DNA of 59,503 nucleotides from Lentisphaeria bacterium (GTDB lineage Bacteria; Verrucomicrobiota; Lentisphaeria; JABSQK01): NCBI GenBank assembly GCA_013215875.1, contig JABSQK010000002.1, positions 1 to 59,503 of the forward strand, read 5' to 3'. Shown piece by piece: positions 53,417 to 59,503 of this stretch (position 1 is its first letter; each line of letters starts with the position of its first letter). The notes under the pieces were generated by a model. It saw only the letters and a program-made list of their open reading frames with translations, ran no database searches and was not told where the DNA came from. The position numbers and the translations under genes were made by a program.

Positions 53417-55000
53417 ATGATAAAAAAAATAAACCAATTCATATCAACCCCGTCTTTCAGAGTGCCGTTTTTCTTGTTTATTCTTGCGATTCTCATCTGT
53501 TTGCCATTAGTCATATTTAATGATATACCGACAAAAGATGTTGCCAGTCGATACGCGCCAATGGCTGATGCATTTGCTGCTGGCAACTGGCAATATGCCT
53601 TTCACCCCCGAACGCCTATTCTCTTTCCCAGTTTAGCTGGAATGCTTGCATATATAACAGGGTCAAGCGGTTTCCTCGCTTGTAAAATCATCAGCTGTCT
53701 CTTCTTTGCACTAAGTATTTTTCCTTTTTACGGGATTATGCAGCGCTTATTTAGTGGCAAAGTCGCATTTGTATCAACACTATTGCTGGTTTTTTGCTCA
53801 CACCTTGCTCGATTGTCATACACTGGCCTGCGTGATACTTTAAAAGGGTTCGCATTTATATTGGCACTATACGGACTTGTTTTGCTCTATCAAAACCGTC
53901 GTAAGTTTGGTGGCTATTTAGCGTGTGCAGTTGGGTGTGCATTCCTCATTATTACGAGGGGCGAATGTACACTATATGCACTCGTAATTATGCTCTGTGC
54001 ATTTTGCCTGGAATTGCGTGAAAATAAAACGATCTCATGGCCGTGGCGCTCAATGTGTGCAATGGTCATTCTAATAGTAATTATTGCACCAGCACTCTGC
54101 TACAACTATAAAACCATTGGATATCACGTTCCGGAACTCCGATTGGGAATAATTATGTCCAAAAATATGCCATTTCTTTATAATGAAAAGGCTACAATCC
54201 CTTTTGGAAAAACAAAAGTAATAAGTGCCAAGAAACATCGACAAAAGCGTATTCCTCAAAAAACTAAATCAACTGAAAAGCAGAGCTTTGGTGATTTCAT
54301 CTTGCAATCATTTAAGGGGTTTTTTCCTTATTTTTCATTATTTGCTATTCCAATAATTTATAGTCGGATCCGCGATAAGAAATGGACAGCTGAGGAGAGT
54401 ATTGTTTTAGTCACTTTGCTTGGTCATTACATATTGCTTATCCTGCAAATCTTTATTTCTGATGGTAAATTATTCGTGACACGACGTTATATGCTCCCTG
54501 TTGCGCCATTGGCCTTTGGCTGGACTGCTCTGTTTCTAATACAAACATGGGAGCATTCTATAAAGAAATACCCTATTGCAACACCTAAAGTCGGATTAGT
54601 TCTTGGCGTACTCTTAATGATGGTGCTTTGCAATGACAGTGCGCTTCCTGTAGTAAAACAACATTCGGGGGGGAAACACACCCGGGAAAAGTCTGCTACC
54701 CTCAAATTGGCGTCCTGGATAAAGGCGGACTATTCAGGTCCTCGCAGCTATGCCCCAGATATTATTCGACGCAAATATCGATCAAGCGCATTGCCTACTG
54801 TTCAAAGTAATAACCTTCATTCAGTTGGGTACTTATCTGGTGGCACAAATGTCTCAGATCGAGAGCGAATGGATTATTTTGTTAGTGTAGAAAAAGAATC
54901 AGCACCTCAAACCGAATTAAAAAATGCAGATCTCGGTATGCAATTCACAGTTAGCGGCTACCGTTACACTGTCTGGAAAACGAAAGGAGCTGTTCAATGA
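53417..55000 (+). CDS. Polytopic GT-C glycosyltransferase (ArnT/PMT, GT39-like)
   Basis: TM1 followed by loop DVASRY..MA...HPRTPILFP, many TM helices, LRD, TRGE and RRYMLP motifs. Confidence 0.65.
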   Translation: MIKKINQFISTPSFRVPFFLFILAILICLPLVIFNDIPTKDVASRYAPMADAFAAGNWQYAFHPRTPILFPSLAGMLAYITGSSGFLACKIISCLFFALSIFPFYGIMQRLFSGKVAFVSTLLLVFCSHLARLSYTGLRDTLKGFAFILALYGLVLLYQNRRKFGGYLACAVGCAFLIITRGECTLYALVIMLCAFCLELRENKTISWPWRSMCAMVILIVIIAPALCYNYKTIGYHVPELRLGIIMSKNMPFLYNEKATIPFGKTKVISAKKHRQKRIPQKTKSTEKQSFGDFILQSFKGFFPYFSLFAIPIIYSRIRDKKWTAEESIVLVTLLGHYILLILQIFISDGKLFVTRRYMLPVAPLAFGWTALFLIQTWEHSIKKYPIATPKVGLVLGVLLMMVLCNDSALPVVKQHSGGKHTREKSATLKLASWIKADYSGPRSYAPDIIRRKYRSSALPTVQSNNLHSVGYLSGGTNVSDRERMDYFVSVEKESAPQTELKNADLGMQFTVSGYRYTVWKTKGAVQ

Positions 55001-56403
55001 AAGGCGGTCGACGACGCGTATGGATCTTTGCGGGAACCGATTTCTTACTATTCTATGCTATTTTGCTGCTGGTTGCATTTACATATAGGTACGTCGGCGG
55101 CGATTATTCAATGAGCATTTATATTGGTATGTGGCCTTTCGCGTTATCTCTGGTGGGCTGCAATGCTATTATTCGTCTATATCATGGCAATTTTTTATAT
55201 CCGGGTGCAGCTCTAAGTATGGTAGAAGAGTTAAGACGTTCGTTCTTTTCAATTACTCTGGCCTGTCTTGTCCTTCTGGCATATCTATCTATTAGCCGGA
55301 CCATCCCGAATTATTCACGCGTGGTAATTGCCCTTACTTATATACTGGCAATGTTATTTCTACCGCTGGGTCGTTGGGTTGCAAAAACGCTAATGAAACG
55401 CAGCCAAAGTTTTCAAATAAAGGCATTGATTGGTGGTGCTGGCAAAACAGGCAGACGCGTCTGTGAAGAGTTACTTAAAGACCGTCAGTTGGGACTCTTG
55501 CCAATTGGCTTTCTGGATGATAATCCGGATGCCTTAAACGATAAAAATTCACCCTTGCCAATCCTTGGCAATATGAATGAAGCTGTTAGCATTGGTGAAA
55601 AAAACAATATTGAATACTTGATACTGTGTCTACCTCTAAGTGCGGTCAAGCATATAATTCCCAAACTTACTGTGCATTTCAAGCATATTCTCATTGTACC
55701 AAGTAGTATGGCTGGTTATGGCGGATGCATTTATTCGTTTGATTTAAGTGGTTTTGCTGCGATTGAACTGAAAAATCAGCTCTTGCTAAAAACGCCCCGC
55801 TTAATCAAGGGGTTCATGGAGATCTGTATGGCGACCACCGCAGTTCTACTTTTATGGCCATTGGGCATCGTCTTGGCTATCTTAATAAAGCTGGGCTCAA
55901 ACGGCCCCATATTCTACAGAGCAACACGTCTTGGAATAGGTGGAAAAGCGATTTCAATTATGAAGTTCAGAACCATGTATACAGATGCTGATGAACGGCT
56001 GGAGCAGGTTCTTGCATCAGATCCTGCAAAGCAAAAAGAGTGGAACGAAAAATTCAAAATAACCGATGACCCTAGAATAACACCATTAGGAAAATTTCTT
56101 CGGCGCACGAGTCTGGATGAATTACCGCAATTTATGGATGTCTTGACTGGTAAACTCGCCGTAATTGGCCCGCGACCCATAACTGAAAAAGAACTCAAAT
56201 ATTATGGCGATGACTACGAGTTAATTTCACGAGTCAAGCCAGGAATTACAGGCTTATGGCAAGTCTCAGGACGCAGTACGACCAGTTATGAAACACGGGT
56301 TTTTCTTGATCGATATTATATAATGAACTGGTCGCCATGGCTTGATTATTATATATTCCTCAAAACAATAAAAGAGGTACTCTCCTGCCGTGGCGCACAA
56401 TAA
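54997..56403 (+). CDS. wbaP: Undecaprenyl-phosphate sugar phosphotransferase (WbaP family)
   Basis: N-terminal TM helices, GAGKTG, KFRTM, DDPRITPLGKFLRRTSLDELPQ, GPRP, KPGITGLWQVSGRS; ATGA-coupled to the GT-C gene. Sugar specificity is not determinable. Confidence 0.88.
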   Translation: MKGGRRRVWIFAGTDFLLFYAILLLVAFTYRYVGGDYSMSIYIGMWPFALSLVGCNAIIRLYHGNFLYPGAALSMVEELRRSFFSITLACLVLLAYLSISRTIPNYSRVVIALTYILAMLFLPLGRWVAKTLMKRSQSFQIKALIGGAGKTGRRVCEELLKDRQLGLLPIGFLDDNPDALNDKNSPLPILGNMNEAVSIGEKNNIEYLILCLPLSAVKHIIPKLTVHFKHILIVPSSMAGYGGCIYSFDLSGFAAIELKNQLLLKTPRLIKGFMEICMATTAVLLLWPLGIVLAILIKLGSNGPIFYRATRLGIGGKAISIMKFRTMYTDADERLEQVLASDPAKQKEWNEKFKITDDPRITPLGKFLRRTSLDELPQFMDVLTGKLAVIGPRPITEKELKYYGDDYELISRVKPGITGLWQVSGRSTTSYETRVFLDRYYIMNWSPWLDYYIFLKTIKEVLSCRGAQ

Positions 56404-56415
56404 AAGGACCATTCG

Positions 56416-57510
56416 ATGAAGGTCGCCTTGCTACATTATTGGTTGACGAATATGCGCGGCGGCGAAAATGTTGTTGAACAGTTTTGTAAAATTTGGCCTG
56501 ATCTCGATATATTTACACATGCTTATAATCCGGAGGCGATGAGCGAACAAATAAACAGCCATTCTATTACGACAAACTTCATTAATAAACTTCCAGGTGC
56601 AAAAAGAAATTGCCAAAAATATCTACCCTTAATGCCCAGAGCCATAAAATCCTTTAATTTATCCGGGTATGATTGCATCATTAGCAGTGAGTCCGGGCCC
56701 ATAAAAGGAATCAGAAAACCCCCAAAGGCCATTCATATTTGCTATTGCCATACACCGATGCGCTATCTCTGGGATATGTATGATGACTATTATCTAAATG
56801 CCTCTTTTTCGCAGAAGGTCGCCATGTCCATGTGCAAGAACTACCTGCGTTCTTACGACTTGAAATCGGCAGATTCGGTCGATCATTTTATTGCCAACTC
56901 CGAGTTTGTAGCAAAGCGCATAAAGCGTATCTATGACCGTGAATCAACGGTTATACATCCGCCTGTAGACGTTGATTTTTATTCTCAGCTAAGCCCGGAA
57001 TATGGCGATTATTATCTTTTTGTCGGACAGTTAACTCACTATAAACGTCCTGACCTGGCAATCGAAGCCTGCACTAAAATGAATCGCCCCATACGAATAG
57101 TTGGCAATGGCCCTTTATTAAGCACATTGCGAAAAAACGCTGGTGACAATGTTCAATTTCTTGAAAAAGTATCATCAGACCAACTGCGTAAGCTTTATGC
57201 AGGAGCAAAAGCATTGATTTTTCCAGGCGTTGAAGATTTTGGAATTGTGCCTTTAGAAGCTCAAGCCGCCGGTACACCCGTTATTGCTTATCGCGATGGC
57301 GGTGCAGTGGAAACAGTCATTGAAGATAAAACAGGGCTCTTTTTTGATCAGCAAAATGTAAGCGCTTTACAATCTATGATTGAAGAATTTGAATTGCAGG
57401 AAAAGCGCTTTTCCCTTGCTTCTATTCAGTCTCATGCACGGGAGTTCTCTGAGGAAAAATTTCGCACGACTATAACGAGTACTATAAATAAAATGTGCCC
57501 TGTTAATTAA
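56416..57510 (+). CDS. GT4 glycosyltransferase (WbaZ-like mannosyltransferase type)
   Basis: MKVALLHYWL..RGGE, CYCHTPMRY.WD, EDFGIVPLEAQAAG. Confidence 0.88.
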   Translation: MKVALLHYWLTNMRGGENVVEQFCKIWPDLDIFTHAYNPEAMSEQINSHSITTNFINKLPGAKRNCQKYLPLMPRAIKSFNLSGYDCIISSESGPIKGIRKPPKAIHICYCHTPMRYLWDMYDDYYLNASFSQKVAMSMCKNYLRSYDLKSADSVDHFIANSEFVAKRIKRIYDRESTVIHPPVDVDFYSQLSPEYGDYYLFVGQLTHYKRPDLAIEACTKMNRPIRIVGNGPLLSTLRKNAGDNVQFLEKVSSDQLRKLYAGAKALIFPGVEDFGIVPLEAQAAGTPVIAYRDGGAVETVIEDKTGLFFDQQNVSALQSMIEEFELQEKRFSLASIQSHAREFSEEKFRTTITSTINKMCPVN

Positions 57511-58910
57511 GCAGATTTACTCATACTTATAGTTCTTTCGGCGGGAGCCTCGAAATCAAATGCAGCCTTCTGTGATTGCTCTGCCAGTTCGAGTGTTAGA
57601 TGAACAAATTCTTTGGCGCTCTCTTCCCAGTTTGGCCATAGAAATGGCGTTTGGTCCTTTGCTTGCTGACCACCCTGCAGTAGAGCAAACCAATCAGAAA
57701 GTTGATCGGCCAGATTTGTCGGCGAATTCAAATTAAAATAGAAGCACTTCTCTCCGCCTATTTCGTGAAATACCTCAATATCGCTGGCAAATACTTTTAG
57801 CCCGCGCATTAATCCCTCTGCAACAGGTAGGCCAAAACCTTCTGCAATAGATGGGCAAATTAGACAATCAGCACGTTCAAATACAGTAGCCAAATCACGA
57901 TCACTTGCATTACCCATGTGAAATAACCGCTTATCGTATTCGGCATGAGCTTGGATCCGGTCGAGGATCTCTCTATTCTTCCAACCTGTTCGTCCCAGAA
58001 TTATCAATGTTACATCTTCATCCCGTTCTCTCAATAGGTCAAACGTATCCAACAGGAATTCATGGTTTTTACGTGGTTCGATGGTTCCCACGCAAAGCAT
58101 CACTCGTCCACTTGCTCCCCAGATTTGTTCATGAGATTTCGACTTTTTTTCAGATCCCATTAAATCGAGCTCTGCACCAAGGCGAAATGAACCACTCGGG
58201 TAGACGTTTGGTCGCAGGTCTTTGTTTGCATCAAGGTAAGATTTAAGAGATGTACGTGTGGCTTCCGAGTTTGTTACGAAGAAATCTGCACGGGGCACGA
58301 CTTGATTGAACCAGGAAACATAGCCATTGGCTGTAATCTCCTGACAGGTCTCTGGCAACTCAAGCGGGAAAAGGTCATGAAACATCACGCCAAAGACCAG
58401 ATCTGCCTCCCCTTGTGCTTTGAAAATTTGTTCTAACATCACTGGACTGCGCCATGTAGAATCAACTAAAACAAGTATATCGTCACTACCAAATCGGATA
58501 AATTTACCCATGATAAATTGAACTGGTAATGTCGTGATTGCCATGATGAACAATGGGATATCTGCGAAGATCTTCCTGATGCTATCTCGCTTTTTAAGAG
58601 ACAGAATGCGTTTAGCAAGGTTTCGCAACGCAGTGATCAAAAATCCCGGCTTTTCATTATGCTTTCGTAAAAATCGTTGAATGGCCCTTTTCAATCGGAT
58701 AACAAAGTATGATTTAGACTTCACCTTTGATCGAATCTGGCAAAAACCAACGCCTGTCCAGACTAATGGTATGATCTCAAGCTCGCTGCTTGATAAGTCT
58801 TTACCATTATTGGCAAGATTCCGCACAACCCGTTGAATACCACCAAAACCACCCTGGAAAAATGTTGATGTACACTCAATAAAAAGTCGCTTTTTATTTT
58901 TGTCACTCAT
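57507..58910 (-). CDS. GT4 glycosyltransferase (O-antigen mannosyltransferase-like)
   Basis: GIQRVVR, HDLFP, VGTIEPRKNH, EGFGLPVAE; convergent 4-nt TTAA stop overlap with the previous gene. Confidence 0.88.
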   Translation of the reverse strand: MSDKNKKRLFIECTSTFFQGGFGGIQRVVRNLANNGKDLSSSELEIIPLVWTGVGFCQIRSKVKSKSYFVIRLKRAIQRFLRKHNEKPGFLITALRNLAKRILSLKKRDSIRKIFADIPLFIMAITTLPVQFIMGKFIRFGSDDILVLVDSTWRSPVMLEQIFKAQGEADLVFGVMFHDLFPLELPETCQEITANGYVSWFNQVVPRADFFVTNSEATRTSLKSYLDANKDLRPNVYPSGSFRLGAELDLMGSEKKSKSHEQIWGASGRVMLCVGTIEPRKNHEFLLDTFDLLRERDEDVTLIILGRTGWKNREILDRIQAHAEYDKRLFHMGNASDRDLATVFERADCLICPSIAEGFGLPVAEGLMRGLKVFASDIEVFHEIGGEKCFYFNLNSPTNLADQLSDWFALLQGGQQAKDQTPFLWPNWEESAKEFVHLTLELAEQSQKAAFDFEAPAERTISMSKSA

Positions 58911-59152
58911 TATTTATCGATTTTTATCCACATTTTTGAACGTGATTTTAAGATTAGGGCTGCAATAATCCCATGCACTTGATCCTCTACTCATTATTGC
59001 ATAGTTGCTTACTTTCTCTTTTTCTGTCATAAAAGCAACTCTTAATCGAAGGAACAATAATATAACTTTAGACGGAAATAGCGACTGGATAAGCATTTTA
59101 TTTTTAGAATGGAGTTCAGCCTTCAAAGAACTCAGTCTGGTTCTTGCTTTAT

Positions 59153-59263
59153 TTTTATTTGCATCGTCACTTTCATTCTAAAGATCTGTGCGTAATACTA
59201 TTCCATTATGATTATTAAAAACTTTTCAAAGGCTCTTTATTCGAGTTGGCATTATTATGCGCC
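59153..59263 (+). repeat. Partner of the 38133-38243 direct repeat
   Basis: 98/111 identical, ungapped. Confidence 0.9.
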
Positions 59264-59503
59264 GGACCGTATTCTCTTCGATTGTGGCGAAGGTGCTGCC
59301 CTGCATCTAAAACAGGAAATTTTTGCTGTACAGAAAATAGTCTTATCCCATGGGCACATCGATCATATTTCAGGGCTTTTATCATTTCTTTGCTTGCGGC
59401 AAAGTACCAAGGGGGATACGGAAAAGCCACTCGATATTTATTATCCTGAAGGGGATCGCAGCATTGGAATTATGATAAAAGCAGCCAATGAAATGTTTAA
59501 GCA
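59208..59503 (+). CDS. rnz: RNase Z-like metallo-beta-lactamase (Thermotoga-type tRNase Z), truncated by window edge
   Basis: Manual translation MIIKNFSKALYSSWHYYAPDRILFDCGEG...VLSHGHIDHISG...EKPLDIYYPEG, with the HxHxDH motif. Absent from the ORF track because no stop lies within the window. Confidence 0.8.
   Translation, partial: MIIKNFSKALYSSWHYYAPDRILFDCGEGAALHLKQEIFAVQKIVLSHGHIDHISGLLSFLCLRQSTKGDTEKPLDIYYPEGDRSIGIMIKAANEMFK

Noticed and set aside
59215-59449. Two short ORFs listed in the ORF track
   Set aside because: They overlap the RNase Z frame starting at 59208.

Overview
Bacterial DNA, probably PVC superphylum (Lentisphaerae/Planctomycetes-like, inferred from the LExRxLL leader, the sulfatase and the VWA/GATase protein). 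The left 27.3 kb is one minus-strand reading frame for a giant acidic RTX-like surface protein of at least 9,100 codons. It is broken by a single in-frame TAA at 15926-15928 and runs off the left edge, so the ORF track reports only the first 3,792 aa. The middle holds a VWA/GATase membrane protein behind a perfect sigma70 promoter, a ceramidase-like hydrolase and a sulfatase. The right 25 kb is a glycan-modification locus containing ten PAPS-dependent sulfotransferase-like genes. Nine of these are close paralogs in two tandem blocks (one frameshifted), and the main block is translationally coupled behind an ABC exporter and the divergent tenth gene. The locus also has duplicated glycosyltransferases, a FkbM methyltransferase, a GT-C enzyme, a WbaP-type initiating transferase and two GT4s. 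It shows duplication scars: a decayed relic of the lead sulfotransferase, and a 111-bp copy of the RNase Z gene start 21,020 bp upstream of the real gene, now forming a leader ORF coupled to a glycosyltransferase. The best candidate for a new system is the sulfotransferase array, possibly a combinatorial glycan-sulfation pathway and possibly linked to the giant surface protein.
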